From Longimicrobiales bacterium (lineage in GTDB: Bacteria; Gemmatimonadota; Gemmatimonadetes; Longimicrobiales; Gaopeijiaceae): a stretch of 64,000 nt of DNA. Under the pieces are notes generated by a model that was given only the letters and a program-made list of their open reading frames with translations, did no database searches and was not told where the DNA came from. Position 1 is the stretch's first letter. Each line of letters opens with the position of its first letter. The translations under genes and the position numbers were made by a program. Shown here piece by piece: positions 10,488-21,552 of the stretch. The DNA lies in contig CBDFMQ010000002.1 in the NCBI GenBank assembly GCA_965249725.1, forward strand, positions 608,001 through 672,000. The letters run 5' to 3'.

Positions 10488-11353
10488 AGCCCTGCGAGGA
10501 CGGCGTGCTCGAGGCTCCGGACGGAATCGACCTGCGCTGGGGCCGCTGGCTGCCCGAGGCGACCGAGCGCCGGGTCGTACGCGGAGTCGTGGTGCTGGTT
10601 CATGGCTACGGAGAGCACAGCGGGCGCTACGACTTGGTCACCGACTTCCTGGTTGGAGCCGGATTCTGCGTCGTCGCGTTCGACCAACGCGGTCATGGAC
10701 GGTCCGGCGGACGACCGGGCTTCGTCGCCGACTTCGACGAATTCCTGACGGACCTGGACGTCGTAATCGCCAAGGTGACTGGCGAGGACGGGTCTCGGGG
10801 GCCGGTCATTCTCTGGGGTCAGTCCATGGGAGGGCTCATCGTGCTGCGGTATCTGCAGACGCGTCCCGGGTCCGTGGCAGGGGCGGTGATCTCGGCCCCC
10901 TGGCTGGAGACGAAGATGAAGACTCCTTGGTGGAAGGTCACGCTCGGGCGTGTACTGAACTGGATCGCCGGTGCCGCGCGGCTGCCCCAGGCCCTCGCTC
11001 CGGAGACCCTGATGCGTGACCCGGAGCGGCAGCGAGCCTACCTCGACGACCCGTTGGTGCACCGCTTCATGACGCCGGGCCTCTATTGGGCGGTTCTCGA
11101 CGCACAGAGACTCGCGCTCGCCGATCCGGAGGGCCTAGAGGGGCCGGCCCTCTTCCTCGTGCCTCGGGCCGACGAAGTCGTTGATTCGGACACCACGATG
11201 CGCTTCTTGGAGCAGGCCGTGAGTCCGGACATTCAGACGTCCCTACTCGATGGATTGCGCCACGAACCTCACAACGAACCAGAGAGAGGGGAGGTCTTTG
11301 CCCTGGCGGGGACCTGGCTCGACAGCAACTTCCCCGGGGTGGACGCGACCTGA
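10484..11353 (+). CDS. Alpha/beta hydrolase, lysophospholipase-like
   Basis: HGYGEHSGRY, DQRGHGRS, GQSMGG nucleophile elbow; TTG start overlaps the cinA stop. Confidence 0.88.
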   Translation: MKPCEDGVLEAPDGIDLRWGRWLPEATERRVVRGVVVLVHGYGEHSGRYDLVTDFLVGAGFCVVAFDQRGHGRSGGRPGFVADFDEFLTDLDVVIAKVTGEDGSRGPVILWGQSMGGLIVLRYLQTRPGSVAGAVISAPWLETKMKTPWWKVTLGRVLNWIAGAARLPQALAPETLMRDPERQRAYLDDPLVHRFMTPGLYWAVLDAQRLALADPEGLEGPALFLVPRADEVVDSDTTMRFLEQAVSPDIQTSLLDGLRHEPHNEPERGEVFALAGTWLDSNFPGVDAT

Positions 11354-11460
11354 TCGGACGGTGGTTTGATGCCCGGGGCCTCCCACATACAGTCAGAAGA
11401 AGTAAATTCACCAACACGTAAGAAGAAGCGTGGTCCGTAGGACCCAGCATCGAGACGAGA

Positions 11461-12093
11461 ATGAGCGACAACGAAGCCGAGACTCCAGAAGAGATGGTCG
11501 ATCCGACTCCGACCGAGGCCGCCATGGAGGCCGGGCAGAGTGATGCCGTCGATCCCGAGGTGGAACAGACCGGTGGAATTGAGCCGCCGGTCTCGCCCGA
11601 GGCCTTGGAGGAGCTAGAGGTCGAGGAGGAGCTGGTACGGGACTTGGACCACATGCAGGCCGAGTTGACCACCCTGAACGATCGGCATCTACGTCTTGCG
11701 GCCGAGTTCACGAATTACCGCCGGAGGGCGGAGACGGAACTCTCGGAGGCTTGGGCCCGGGGTCAGGCGGACTTGCTGCGCACGTTTCTCGATGGCTTGG
11801 ACGATCTCCAGCGGGTCGGAGCGTGGCAACCCGAGTCGACCACGGTTGAGGCCCTGGTCGAGGGAGTGGATCTCGTCGAGCGGAAGTTCCGACAGGCCCT
11901 AGAGTTGGCTGGCGTGGAGGTGCTCGAGCCCCTCGGTGAGAAGTTCGATCCCAACCTCATGGAGGCCATGGTCACTGTCCCGACCGAATCACCGGTCGAG
12001 GACCACACGGTGCAGGACGTGTTCCAGAAGGGGTACCGCTTCAAGGGACACCTGGTGCGTCCCGCACGGGTCACCGTGTTCAAGCACGAGTAG
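11461..12093 (+). CDS. grpE: Nucleotide exchange factor GrpE
   Basis: [25 protein letters not shown]...LVRPARV. Confidence 0.95.
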   Translation: MSDNEAETPEEMVDPTPTEAAMEAGQSDAVDPEVEQTGGIEPPVSPEALEELEVEEELVRDLDHMQAELTTLNDRHLRLAAEFTNYRRRAETELSEAWARGQADLLRTFLDGLDDLQRVGAWQPESTTVEALVEGVDLVERKFRQALELAGVEVLEPLGEKFDPNLMEAMVTVPTESPVEDHTVQDVFQKGYRFKGHLVRPARVTVFKHE

Positions 12094-12113
12094 CTGAGGC
12101 GATCGGAGAATAC

Positions 12114-13235
12114 GTGTCGACTGCGCCCAAGGACTACTACAAGACTCTCGGGGTCTCTGATAAGGCTAGCCAACCCGACATCAAGAAGACCTATCGGAAG
12201 CTGGCGAAGAAGTACCATCCCGACGCGAACCCGGGGGATGGGAAGGCGGACGATCGCTTCAAGGAGGTCGGAGAGGCATACAGCGTCTTGTCGGATCCCG
12301 AGAAGCGGAAGCAGTACGACAACATGCGGCGCTTGTCGAGCTTTGGATTCGGCCGGGGACGGGACGCGCCGAGGGGTGGTGCCCCCGGGGCTCCGCCGGG
12401 AGGCAGTTTTTCCTTCGAGGACCTCCAGGGCTTTGGAGGCCTAGGGGACATCTTCAGCTCGATCTTCGATCGTGGAGGCAAGGGCGCCAACGAGCCCAGG
12501 CCGAAGGGCCCCCGGAAGGGACACAACGTCGAGTACGTCGTGGAGATTTCATTCAAAACGGCCGTCCAGGGCGGCAAGATCTCCATCGATGTCCCCATCA
12601 CCGAGGGGTGTGCAACGTGCGGGGGCTCGGGCGCGAGTCCGGGAACCGAGACGAAGCGCTGCTCCGAATGTTCGGGGAGTGGGGCCATTTCGTTCGGTCA
12701 GGGTGGATTCGCGATCGACCGACCCTGTCCGGCCTGCTTCGGAAGAGGAAGCATTCCTGAGAGCCCCTGTAAGTCCTGTGCGGGTAGCGGGTCGGTCCGC
12801 CAGGACCGGAGAATGCAGATCACGGTGCCGAAGGGTGTCGAGTCGGGGGCGAAGATCCGAGCCACGGGGCAGGGTGAGCGGGGCAGTCAGGGCGGGAAAC
12901 CCGGAGACCTCATCATTACGTTCAAGATCAAGCCCCACGCCTTCTTCCGCAGGGAGGGCTTGGACATCCATGTGAAGGTGCCGATCAATCTCGTCCAGGC
13001 CACTCTGGGCTCGAAGATGGCGGTGAAGACCGTGGACGGTAAGAAGGTCCATCTTCGCATCCCACCGGGCACCCAAAGCGGGACCAAGTTCCGCATTCGT
13101 GGGCAGGGAGTGGAGAGGGGCGGCCGTGTCGGCGACCAGTACGTCGAGGTGGCGGTCGACATTCCCGAGGAGCTCAGCGATGAGCAGAAACAGGCGATGG
13201 AAGAGTTCGCATCCTCGTCGGGTCTCAAGCACTGA
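12114..13235 (+). CDS. dnaJ: Chaperone DnaJ
   Basis: J domain with HPD, G/F region, four CxxCxGxG repeats. Confidence 0.96.
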   Translation: MSTAPKDYYKTLGVSDKASQPDIKKTYRKLAKKYHPDANPGDGKADDRFKEVGEAYSVLSDPEKRKQYDNMRRLSSFGFGRGRDAPRGGAPGAPPGGSFSFEDLQGFGGLGDIFSSIFDRGGKGANEPRPKGPRKGHNVEYVVEISFKTAVQGGKISIDVPITEGCATCGGSGASPGTETKRCSECSGSGAISFGQGGFAIDRPCPACFGRGSIPESPCKSCAGSGSVRQDRRMQITVPKGVESGAKIRATGQGERGSQGGKPGDLIITFKIKPHAFFRREGLDIHVKVPINLVQATLGSKMAVKTVDGKKVHLRIPPGTQSGTKFRIRGQGVERGGRVGDQYVEVAVDIPEELSDEQKQAMEEFASSSGLKH

Positions 13236-13238
13236 GGA

Positions 13239-14357
13239 CTATCCCGCCGGTGCTCCCAGTTCGACTTCCGCGCCCTTCACCGCTCGTACGATGCGACCAC
13301 CGCCAAGGACTCGCTCCCCGTCGAAGAAGACGGCGGACTGTCCAGGGGTCACGGCGTGCTGAGGTTCGTCGAAGGCGAGTGACACGCTGTCCCCGACCGT
13401 GACGACGCGCGCCGGCACGTCCGCGGCGCGATATCGGATCTGCACGCGAAGGTGTGACTCTGGGGCAGGTACGGTGCCCACCCAGTTGATCTCGCCGATC
13501 TCGACTCCGGGCGATTCACACTCCTCTCGTGTACCGATGACGACCTCGCGGGAGTCCGCGCGGATCTCGACGACGAAGAAGGGTTCCTCGAACCCCCCTC
13601 CGAGACCCTTGCGCTGCCCGACCGTGAAGTTGGCGTATCCGGTATGCTCTCCGAGCACCTCTCCATCGACAGACACGAGAAGGCCCGGCTCTAGGGCCGG
13701 ATGTCGCGACTCGAGCCGCTTGCTCAAGAGGTCCCTGTAGTCTCCGGTCGGCACAAAGCAGATCTCCTGAGACTCGGGCTTGTCGGCGGTGGTGAGGGTG
13801 AGTTCCCGCGCCATCTCCCTCACCTGCGGCTTCGTGAGTTCTCCTAGCGGAAAGTGGAGCAGGGGGAGCATCTCCTTGGGCAGTCCCCACAGGAAGTAGG
13901 ACTGATCCTTGCCGCGATCGATCCCCCTCAGGAGAGTGGACTCTCCTGAGGCCGAGTGCTCGATACGGACGTAGTGTCCCGAGGCGATGCCGTCGCACCC
14001 CAGCGCCCGGCCCCGTTCCATCAAGCCCTGGAACTTCGTGTTCGAATTGCATCGTACACACGGATTAGGAGTGCGCCCCCGGGCATATTCCGAAACGAAA
14101 TCGTCGATCACATCTCGGGTGAAATCCTCTTCGACGTCGAAGACGTAGTGTGGGATGCCGAGGGTGTCGGCGACCCGGCGGGCATCCTGGATGCCGTCCA
14201 ACCCGCAGCACGTCTTCGATGGGGCAGCATCGTCCGAATAGCAGAAGGTCTTCATGGTGGCACCCACCACCTGGTACCCCGCCTCGACTAGCAGCGCCGC
14301 CGCAAGCGAGGAGTCCACGCCGCCCGACATGGCCACGAGGATGCGCTTGTTCTTCAT
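13239..14357 (-). CDS. mnmA: tRNA 2-thiouridylase MnmA
   Basis: AMSGGVDSS, TPNPCVRCN, KDQSYFL, ESQEICF, TPGQSAV. Confidence 0.96.
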   Translation of the reverse strand: MKNKRILVAMSGGVDSSLAAALLVEAGYQVVGATMKTFCYSDDAAPSKTCCGLDGIQDARRVADTLGIPHYVFDVEEDFTRDVIDDFVSEYARGRTPNPCVRCNSNTKFQGLMERGRALGCDGIASGHYVRIEHSASGESTLLRGIDRGKDQSYFLWGLPKEMLPLLHFPLGELTKPQVREMARELTLTTADKPESQEICFVPTGDYRDLLSKRLESRHPALEPGLLVSVDGEVLGEHTGYANFTVGQRKGLGGGFEEPFFVVEIRADSREVVIGTREECESPGVEIGEINWVGTVPAPESHLRVQIRYRAADVPARVVTVGDSVSLAFDEPQHAVTPGQSAVFFDGERVLGGGRIVRAVKGAEVELGAPAG

Positions 14358-15511
14358 GCCGGTACGTTGCGATTCAGGATGCCGGCTACCACCGACAGGG
14401 TCGCCTCTGCGACGCGCAGGACGTCGTCTTCCGCGGTCGATCGACCCACGCTGAAGCGGAGGGCCGCAACGCCGTCCACGGCACCGTAGAGGGCCTCGAG
14501 CACGTGACTACCTCCCTTGCCTCCACTCTCGCACGCCGAACCGGCCGAAGCGGCGATTCCCTCCATGTCCAAACCGGCCAGCAGCAGCTGCGGATCCACT
14601 CCTGGGATTCCCACGTTGAGAATGTGGGGTGCACGCCGTGCCGTCTCACCGTGCACCCTGAGGCCATCGAGGCCGTTGCTCAGATGCTCCTCCAGCGTGT
14701 CGCGGAGTGCACCCAGCCGCGGAGCCTCGAGTTCCCGCTCGCGTACAGCGAGATCGACGGCGACGGACATGCCGACCGCTCCGGCCACATCCTCGGTACC
14801 GGGTCGCAAGGCACGTTCCTGTCCACCACCGAAGATGAGGGGTGACACCTCCACTCCCTCGCGCACGAAGAGTACGCCAGTGCCTTTGGCTCCGTAGATC
14901 TTGTGTCCGGTCAGCGAGAGGAGGTCCACGGGAAGGGTGTCCACTCGCACCGGGACCTTGCCGATGGCCTGGACCGCGTCTGTGTGGAGCGCCACCCCTC
15001 GTGCGCTCGTGCGTGCGGCGATCTCCTCCAGGGGCAGGTGGATACCTACCTCGTTGTTCACCGTCATCACCGAGACCACTGCCGGCCGATCTTCGAGAGC
15101 CTCGTCGAGAGCGTCCAGATCGACCGCGCCGTCGGGAGAGACCGCGAGCACGGAGCAGCGTCCACCTTGCTCCGCCACCTTGGCGGCCGCTTCGAGCACG
15201 GCGCGATGCTCGATGGCACTGACGACGGCATGGTCGGAGCCGCCGGTGGCCCGTACGGCCGCCGCTCGGCCAAGAATCGCCAGATTGTCCGATTCGGTTC
15301 CGCCGCGGACGAAGTAGATCTCACTTCGGCGAGCCCCCAATGCATCGGCGAGCCGTTCGCGCGCTTCCTCCAACCGAGCCGACGCACGCCTTCCCCACGT
15401 GTGTACGCTGGATGGATTGCCGAAATCCTCTTGAAGAATCGGCAGCATCGCATCCCGCACCTCGTCACGGAGAGGGGTCGTGGCCGCGTTGTCCAGATAG
15501 ATAGGTCGCAT
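14354..15511 (-). CDS. Cysteine desulfurase (IscS/NifS family)
   Basis: IYLDNAATTP, HTDAVQ, HKIYG.KG, SAGSAC; ATG 15511; stop overlaps the mnmA start. Confidence 0.92.
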   Translation of the reverse strand: MRPIYLDNAATTPLRDEVRDAMLPILQEDFGNPSSVHTWGRRASARLEEARERLADALGARRSEIYFVRGGTESDNLAILGRAAAVRATGGSDHAVVSAIEHRAVLEAAAKVAEQGGRCSVLAVSPDGAVDLDALDEALEDRPAVVSVMTVNNEVGIHLPLEEIAARTSARGVALHTDAVQAIGKVPVRVDTLPVDLLSLTGHKIYGAKGTGVLFVREGVEVSPLIFGGGQERALRPGTEDVAGAVGMSVAVDLAVRERELEAPRLGALRDTLEEHLSNGLDGLRVHGETARRAPHILNVGIPGVDPQLLLAGLDMEGIAASAGSACESGGKGGSHVLEALYGAVDGVAALRFSVGRSTAEDDVLRVAEATLSVVAGILNRNVPA

Positions 15512-15569
15512 ACGTTCCTGAGGGGCGGTAGCGGGGGAGGGCCGTTTCGGCCGACCAGGGTCTCCCCGT

Positions 15570-15971
15570 ATGTTCGACAACATACCGAATGACTTCAGGG
15601 TGGTGAACCTTGATCCCAACGCTGGAGCGTGGATGACCGGTACTCCGCCGCCGTTTCCGAGAGGACGGCCGCCGCAGTTCAGATCCACCGTGCACGGATT
15701 GGTGTTCGCGGGCCGTGATCGACATCTACAAGGTCTGGAAACCGGTGCAGCCCTCTATCTGATCCCCGATCCTCCCGACCAGGAGGCGCCCGAGGTGTGG
15801 GTGCACCGGGAAGGCGGAGACCTGTTGGGGCATCTTCCCCCTGAGATCAGCGCCTGGCTGGCACCCTGGCTGCTCGAGGGTGGCGGGGCGAACGCCAGGA
15901 CCATCAAGGTCCACGGCTCGGACGTGCCGAGCTGGAAGAGGTTGCTCCTCGAGGTTCGCTGCGCGGTCTAG
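15570..15971 (+). CDS. HIRAN-domain-like protein
   Basis: TVHGLVF..R...L.LIPDP......VWVH...LLGHLP pattern resembles HIRAN. Confidence 0.6.
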   Translation: MFDNIPNDFRVVNLDPNAGAWMTGTPPPFPRGRPPQFRSTVHGLVFAGRDRHLQGLETGAALYLIPDPPDQEAPEVWVHREGGDLLGHLPPEISAWLAPWLLEGGGANARTIKVHGSDVPSWKRLLLEVRCAV

Positions 15972-16011
15972 CCGAAGATCATCCCACCGCCAGAAGGCGT
16001 CCGGCGGACGG

Positions 16012-17271
16012 TTATTCGAATCGCAGGGCGTGGACGGGGTCCAGGCGAGAAGCCCGATAGGCCGGAACGATACCGAAGAGCACACCCGTCACCAGGGCCA
16101 TGAGTAGGGCCGCCACTACGGCCCAGATGGGCACTGCGGCCGGGATGGGCGTCATGGCCGCGACCGCCTTCGCCGCCCCCGCACCCATAGCCATCCCCGT
16201 CGCTCCTCCGAGAAGAGTGAGCACCGCGGATTCGACCAGGAACTGCCAGAGGATTTCCCGTCGTGTGGCGCCCACCGCCTTTCGCACCCCGATCTCGCGG
16301 GTCCGCTCCGTCACGGAGATCATCATAATGCCGATCACTCCGATACCGCCTACGAGCAAGCCGACGGAGGAGAGTGCGAGCATCACGAGAAAGAAGACTC
16401 CGGTGAACTTGTTGAACGCCTCGATGATCTGGTCGGAGCGTAAGAGGGCGAAGTCGTTCTCTTCTCGTGGCCGCAGCCCACGCATAGAGCGCATGGTGCC
16501 GATCACCTGATCCATCACGTCCGATTGGACGGTCGAGTCACGGGGTACGACCCACACCCCCGCCTGCCAGTTGGAGGCCTTCAGCCTCTTCATCGCCGAG
16601 CTGTAGGGAAGGATGGCCCAATGCTTGATGGCAGCGGCGAAAATGTTGTCCTCGGTCTGGAACACGCCCACCACCCTGAAGGCCTCACTGACTCCCCGGT
16701 TACCCGCGCTGACGCGGATCTTCCGACCGATCGGGTCGAGCTCCCCGAAGAGCTCTTGGGCCAAAGGCACGGACAAGATGACCAGCGGGCGAGACTGGCG
16801 GACCTCCGCGGGTGTGAAGTCCCGACCCGACACGAACCGCCCTGGAGTGTAGGCCGGCCATCCAGCGTCATAGGCGGTGGACTGAATGTTCCTCACGCTG
16901 CGAGCGTCCACGGCCATGTTCGTTGTGAGACTGAAGTTGTACAAAGCCACTGCGACGTCGGGAAGCCGAGCGAGACGCACCGCCTCTTCGGGCTCGATGC
17001 GTGGTTTGTTCCACCAGGGGGGGCGGGAATTGCCCTGAACGAGCCGCACGCTCGTGAAGTCGAATCTCATCACGGAGAAGTTGTCCGGGCCTGCGGCCTC
17101 GAAGCCCACCATGATGGACTCGCGAATCCCCGTGACCATCGCCGCGATCATCATCACCACGCCCACACCGATCGCCACACCCAGGATGGTCAGACCGGAG
17201 CGGACCTTGTTGGCCCGAATGGAGTCGAGTGCAATGGAGACTCCTTCGTCGAGCGTGTTCAGGCGGCTCAT
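16012..17271 (-). CDS. MacB/FtsX-family ABC transporter permease
   Basis: RSGLTILGVAIGV, VGGIGVIGIMMISVTERTREIGVRKAVGA, LDPVHALRFE. Confidence 0.92.
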   Translation of the reverse strand: MSRLNTLDEGVSIALDSIRANKVRSGLTILGVAIGVGVVMMIAAMVTGIRESIMVGFEAAGPDNFSVMRFDFTSVRLVQGNSRPPWWNKPRIEPEEAVRLARLPDVAVALYNFSLTTNMAVDARSVRNIQSTAYDAGWPAYTPGRFVSGRDFTPAEVRQSRPLVILSVPLAQELFGELDPIGRKIRVSAGNRGVSEAFRVVGVFQTEDNIFAAAIKHWAILPYSSAMKRLKASNWQAGVWVVPRDSTVQSDVMDQVIGTMRSMRGLRPREENDFALLRSDQIIEAFNKFTGVFFLVMLALSSVGLLVGGIGVIGIMMISVTERTREIGVRKAVGATRREILWQFLVESAVLTLLGGATGMAMGAGAAKAVAAMTPIPAAVPIWAVVAALLMALVTGVLFGIVPAYRASRLDPVHALRFE

Positions 17272-17272
17272 G

Positions 17273-18511
17273 TCACTCCTGCCTGAGCGCGTCGACGGGG
17301 TCGAGCTTGGATGCCTGCGAGGCCGGATAGACCCCGGAAGCGATCCCCACGGCAACGCCAAGAAACACGCCGAGGGTGATCCACTTGATGTCCACGGCCG
17401 CCGGTAGCGGTGAGAACGTGGCCACGAGGTAGGTGAGTCCGACCCCCACCGCGACCCCTAGAGCGGCTCCCACCCCCGACAGTGTGATGGACTCGATCAG
17501 CACCTGACTGAGGATATCACGACGACGCGCGCCGATTGCCTTTCTGACACCGATCTCCCGGGTCCGCTCCATGACGGAGACCAACATGATGTTCATGATT
17601 ACTACTCCGCCGACGACGAGCGAGATTGCTACCAGGCCGGGTAGAGCCAGGAAGAGGATCTGCGAGATCCGGTCCCAGAAGCTCAGCGTCTCGTCGGCCG
17701 TCTCCACAGAGAAGTTGTTTTCTTCCGCGGGCCGAAGGCGTCGCCGGGCCCGCATGACACCCTCCATCTCGCGCTGGAGCTCGCGTGTGTCGGCAGGATC
17801 CAGGGATTGGGCGACGACCTGATCGACGATGCCGCGAGGATTGGTGACCGCTTGGATGGGCGAGCGAGCCGGCGCGATGACCCGATTGTCCAGTGAGATT
17901 CCGAACAGGCTGCCCTGTTCCTGGAGTACGCCGACGACTCGGTAGGGAAAGCCACGTATCCGCACGCGGCGCCCTATGGGGTCCCGCGACTCGAACAGAA
18001 GATCTGCGGTATCGATCCCCAGAATCACGACCGCGGTGCCACGTTCGGCTTCCTGCGGAGAAAACGGGCGCCCCTTTTCGACGGCCAGGTCCCGAATCCT
18101 CAGGATCTCGGGCGACACCGCGGAGATGTTGACGTTTCCGGCCTTCCGGCCGTTGTCCGCCACCACTTCGCCACCGGTCTCACTCTCCGCTCCCACACGT
18201 GCCGGCACCGTGATCTGATTCTGGACGGCCTGCCAGTCCTCGTACGTGATGCGAGGCCGACGGGCCCGATCTCGGGCACTGAGTCCATCGCCGTTCGGTC
18301 CGTCCGACCATCTCCGCAGGGTGACGGTATTCACGCCGAAGATCACCGAGGAGAGATCGTCTCGGATGTACCGGTCCATACCTTCGACGACACTGACGAC
18401 CACGATGAGGAACATCACGCTCACGATGACGCCCAGAAGACTGAAGAAGCTCTTCAGCTTTTCAGTGCGTATCTGATAGAGGGCGAGTCGGACGCCTTCA
18501 GCGAACTGCAT
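17273..18511 (-). CDS. MacB/FtsX-family ABC transporter permease
   Basis: VGGVVIMNIMLVSVMERTREIGVRKAIGA, LDPVDALRQE. Confidence 0.92.
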   Translation of the reverse strand: MQFAEGVRLALYQIRTEKLKSFFSLLGVIVSVMFLIVVVSVVEGMDRYIRDDLSSVIFGVNTVTLRRWSDGPNGDGLSARDRARRPRITYEDWQAVQNQITVPARVGAESETGGEVVADNGRKAGNVNISAVSPEILRIRDLAVEKGRPFSPQEAERGTAVVILGIDTADLLFESRDPIGRRVRIRGFPYRVVGVLQEQGSLFGISLDNRVIAPARSPIQAVTNPRGIVDQVVAQSLDPADTRELQREMEGVMRARRRLRPAEENNFSVETADETLSFWDRISQILFLALPGLVAISLVVGGVVIMNIMLVSVMERTREIGVRKAIGARRRDILSQVLIESITLSGVGAALGVAVGVGLTYLVATFSPLPAAVDIKWITLGVFLGVAVGIASGVYPASQASKLDPVDALRQE

Positions 18512-18525
18512 GGTTCGTCTCGGAG

Positions 18526-19821
18526 CTAGTTGGAGCCGTCGTCGCCCGAATCCTCCAGGGCTCGGACCGGGTCACCATCGGACAACTGCCGAATCTGTTG
18601 GTACGGACCCGCGACGATCGTATCACCCGCGTTGACTCCGCTGAGCACCTCGAAGTGCTCCTGGCCGGTGACCCCGATCTCGACCGGTGTGAAAGTGACC
18701 TCTCCGTCCACGACGACGAAGACTCCCTCTACATCAGTGTCCTGGGGTCGGCCTGCCGGGCCGAGTTCCCGAGCTTCCTGATCGTCATCATCGTCTGCCG
18801 CGGCTGCTTCCTCGTCGTCCTCGTTCTTGGCTCTCACGGTCAGAGCGATGATGGGAACGGAGAGAGCGTTCTTCCGGGTGGCGGTAACGATGTCCGCTGT
18901 TGCTGAGAGATCGGGCCGCACACCTCCCGGAGGGTCGTCCATGGTGATGACGACCTCGAAGTCGATGGCGGCCGTCTGGCCGCTGCCTGCGGTCGAAGCG
19001 GGTGGGCGAATGGCGCTGTTGCCGATCTCCGTCACCAGACCGCTGAAGAGAAGGTCGGGAAAGGCGTCGAGTTCCAGCACGGTGCTGTCGCCTACCCGGA
19101 TGTAGGGAATGTCCGTCTCATCGACCTCCAGGACGGCCTCGACACGCGAAAGCTCACTGATGGTCAGGACCAGGCTGCCCGGGTTGTTCATGGTGCCGAC
19201 GATGACCGTCTCGCCTTCTTCCACGTTCAATCGAGTCACTTTGCCGGAGATGGGGGCGGTGAACACCGTCTTACTCAGTAGTTCCTGAGCCTCCTCTAGC
19301 GCAGCCGCACTCTGCGCGACACCGAACTGGTTGGACTCGAGCTGGCGAGTAGCCAGCTCCACCTCGGTCTCGGCATCGTCCAGCAGTTGTCGGGCGATCA
19401 GGTCGGAATCGGTTTCGAACAGACTCCTGAAGCGTTCATAGTCCCGTCTGACACGCTCGAGACTGGCCTCCTGTTGTCGCTCCATTGCGACCGCCTGGTT
19501 CAGGGCGGCCTCAGAACGTGCGACGGTGGCGTCGAATTGGGTCGGATCGAGGCGGAGCAGCAGCTGACCGGCTTCCACGTCGTCGCCTTCGTCCACCCGA
19601 AGATCCACCACCTTGGCGGATACGTCCGAGCTGATATCCACGACTCGGCCTGCACGGATGTTGCCGCTTGCGGTGACCGTCTCAACGAGGTCCCTACGGG
19701 CCACCTCTTCGAGTCGGACTTCGAGGCCGCGGTTCCTTTGGCGCTTGACGCTCAGGGTGGCAGCGGTCCCCAGCACGGCGACCACCACCAGGCCGATGAG
19801 GAATTTGCGATTAGCAGTCAT
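18526..19821 (-). CDS. MacA-like periplasmic adaptor (membrane fusion protein)
   Basis: N-terminal anchor, lipoyl halves V.EGD.V..GQLL and APISGKV, VDETDI. Confidence 0.92.
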   Translation of the reverse strand: MTANRKFLIGLVVVAVLGTAATLSVKRQRNRGLEVRLEEVARRDLVETVTASGNIRAGRVVDISSDVSAKVVDLRVDEGDDVEAGQLLLRLDPTQFDATVARSEAALNQAVAMERQQEASLERVRRDYERFRSLFETDSDLIARQLLDDAETEVELATRQLESNQFGVAQSAAALEEAQELLSKTVFTAPISGKVTRLNVEEGETVIVGTMNNPGSLVLTISELSRVEAVLEVDETDIPYIRVGDSTVLELDAFPDLLFSGLVTEIGNSAIRPPASTAGSGQTAAIDFEVVITMDDPPGGVRPDLSATADIVTATRKNALSVPIIALTVRAKNEDDEEAAAADDDDDQEARELGPAGRPQDTDVEGVFVVVDGEVTFTPVEIGVTGQEHFEVLSGVNAGDTIVAGPYQQIRQLSDGDPVRALEDSGDDGSN

Positions 19822-19836
19822 GGGCGGTTCAATGCC

Positions 19837-21372
19837 TCACTGTATGCGCAGAGTCGTCCCTACGACCTTTTCGAGAATGGCCAGGGCGTCGTGGTATGCG
19901 AAGATGGCTGCGATTTGCTCGCGGTCCGCCTCGACCTTGAGAGTCTCGGCTTCGAGCAGTTCCAGAAAGTCCGCCAGCCCGACACTGAAGCGCTCCCGAG
20001 CGAGTCGGAGTTGCTCGTCGGCGACGATCTGGTTCTGCTCCTCGATCAGGGCCGCGCGATAGGCGGCACGAACGGTGGCCAGCGTGGCGGCGATATCTGC
20101 CCGCAGGGCCAACTCCTGCTCCCGGAGGTTGTAGTCCAGGTCCTCTAGCTGCACCTGGGCTTCGGTCACCTGACGTTGACGGTCGAGGCCCTGAAACAGC
20201 GGGAGGCTGATCGTCAGTCCGGCGTTCGCGGGTTGGTTGGTGAAACTGAACGGAAAGGCGATGTTCCCGTCCTCGATGTTCTGTGCGGCGGCGTCCGTGA
20301 AGGCCAAGGTCGAGCAGTCCTGTGCCGGTAGCGGGTCGGCCAGCCGCGCGAAAAGATCGTTGGTGAACAGGCAATTTTGCACCGAGCCTTGAGCCTGAGC
20401 CTCGGCCTGTTGGATCTGGAGTGCAGTACTCGAGGCTTGGCGCGTGAAGCCGCTGAGACCGGCGCTGAAGCTCAGCGTCGGCAGGTACGAACTCTTGGCC
20501 ATCTTCACCCCGTAGCTGCTCGCCGATCGACTTGCTCTGAGCGCCCGCAGATTCGGATTGCCCTCGAGGCCGAGGCTGTACAGCTCATCTCGGCTCCAGG
20601 GTGGTTCCGTGAGAAGGAAGGGGGTTGTCGGCACGAAGGGGCTGTCCAGGTCGACGCCCATCTGCTGGAGCAGACGAATGCGACCCGTTTCCAGGGCATT
20701 CGTGGTCTGGAGGATGGTGACTTCGGCACGCCCGAGCGCCACCTCGGCCTGGGCCACATCGACGGCCGTGGCGGTTCCGACCTGCAACTGAGCCTGCGCC
20801 AGTCGGAGATTGAAGGCTGCTCGTTCTCGCTGCTGCTCGGAGACGCGTACCTGCTCGATCTGGCGGAGCACCTCAATGTAGTTCTGCGTGACCACGGAGA
20901 CGAGTTCGGCCGCGAGCCACGCCACACCGGCCCGCGTCGCCGTCCGGTCCGCCTTGGCCTGTCCGGGTGCGAGCAGCGTGGTCCCGCTGATGCTGTAGTT
21001 GAGGCCCAGTCCGTAGCTCGAAAACATGAACGACGGCTGATCTGCGAAACCCAACTGCCCCAACGTCAGGCTCCCGAAACGTTGTTCGCCCGCACCCTGC
21101 CAAGAGACCCCGAAGTTCGTCGAGGCTGACGGGAAAAGGGCGCCATACGCGGACTTCACGTTCCAGTCCGCGACGGTTTCGTCGTTGCGTGAGGCCTGGA
21201 AGCCTGGATTGTTCGTCCGGGCGATCTCGATCGCCTCTTCCAGGCTGAGCGTTACGGGCACGATCTCCTGGGTGGTCGCACGACCGGGGACGAGCAATAT
21301 CGCAGCCAGGGTCATCCGGCTCAGGAACGATCCGGTCAACACGGGAAGCCTCCGTATGGATGGATGGCGCAT
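19837..21372 (-). CDS. TolC family outer membrane efflux protein
   Basis: LSLEEAIEIA..NNP, duplicated OEP repeats; start uncertain (ATG 21372 used). Confidence 0.88.
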   Translation of the reverse strand: MRHPSIRRLPVLTGSFLSRMTLAAILLVPGRATTQEIVPVTLSLEEAIEIARTNNPGFQASRNDETVADWNVKSAYGALFPSASTNFGVSWQGAGEQRFGSLTLGQLGFADQPSFMFSSYGLGLNYSISGTTLLAPGQAKADRTATRAGVAWLAAELVSVVTQNYIEVLRQIEQVRVSEQQRERAAFNLRLAQAQLQVGTATAVDVAQAEVALGRAEVTILQTTNALETGRIRLLQQMGVDLDSPFVPTTPFLLTEPPWSRDELYSLGLEGNPNLRALRASRSASSYGVKMAKSSYLPTLSFSAGLSGFTRQASSTALQIQQAEAQAQGSVQNCLFTNDLFARLADPLPAQDCSTLAFTDAAAQNIEDGNIAFPFSFTNQPANAGLTISLPLFQGLDRQRQVTEAQVQLEDLDYNLREQELALRADIAATLATVRAAYRAALIEEQNQIVADEQLRLARERFSVGLADFLELLEAETLKVEADREQIAAIFAYHDALAILEKVVGTTLRIQ

Positions 21373-21552
21373 AGGATGAGCAAGGTTGATTGGGGCGGTC
21401 TCAGACCGGCTGGCGAGGCGACGCTGGGTCGCACCTGACCTACGCCTGCTGGACCGTACCGGTTTCAAAGGGTCATGATGGCCGAAACGTCCGCGCCAAG
21501 ACATGTAGTATCGGGTCGACACCAAGGGGTACGGGTCGACGAGTTCTGATCT

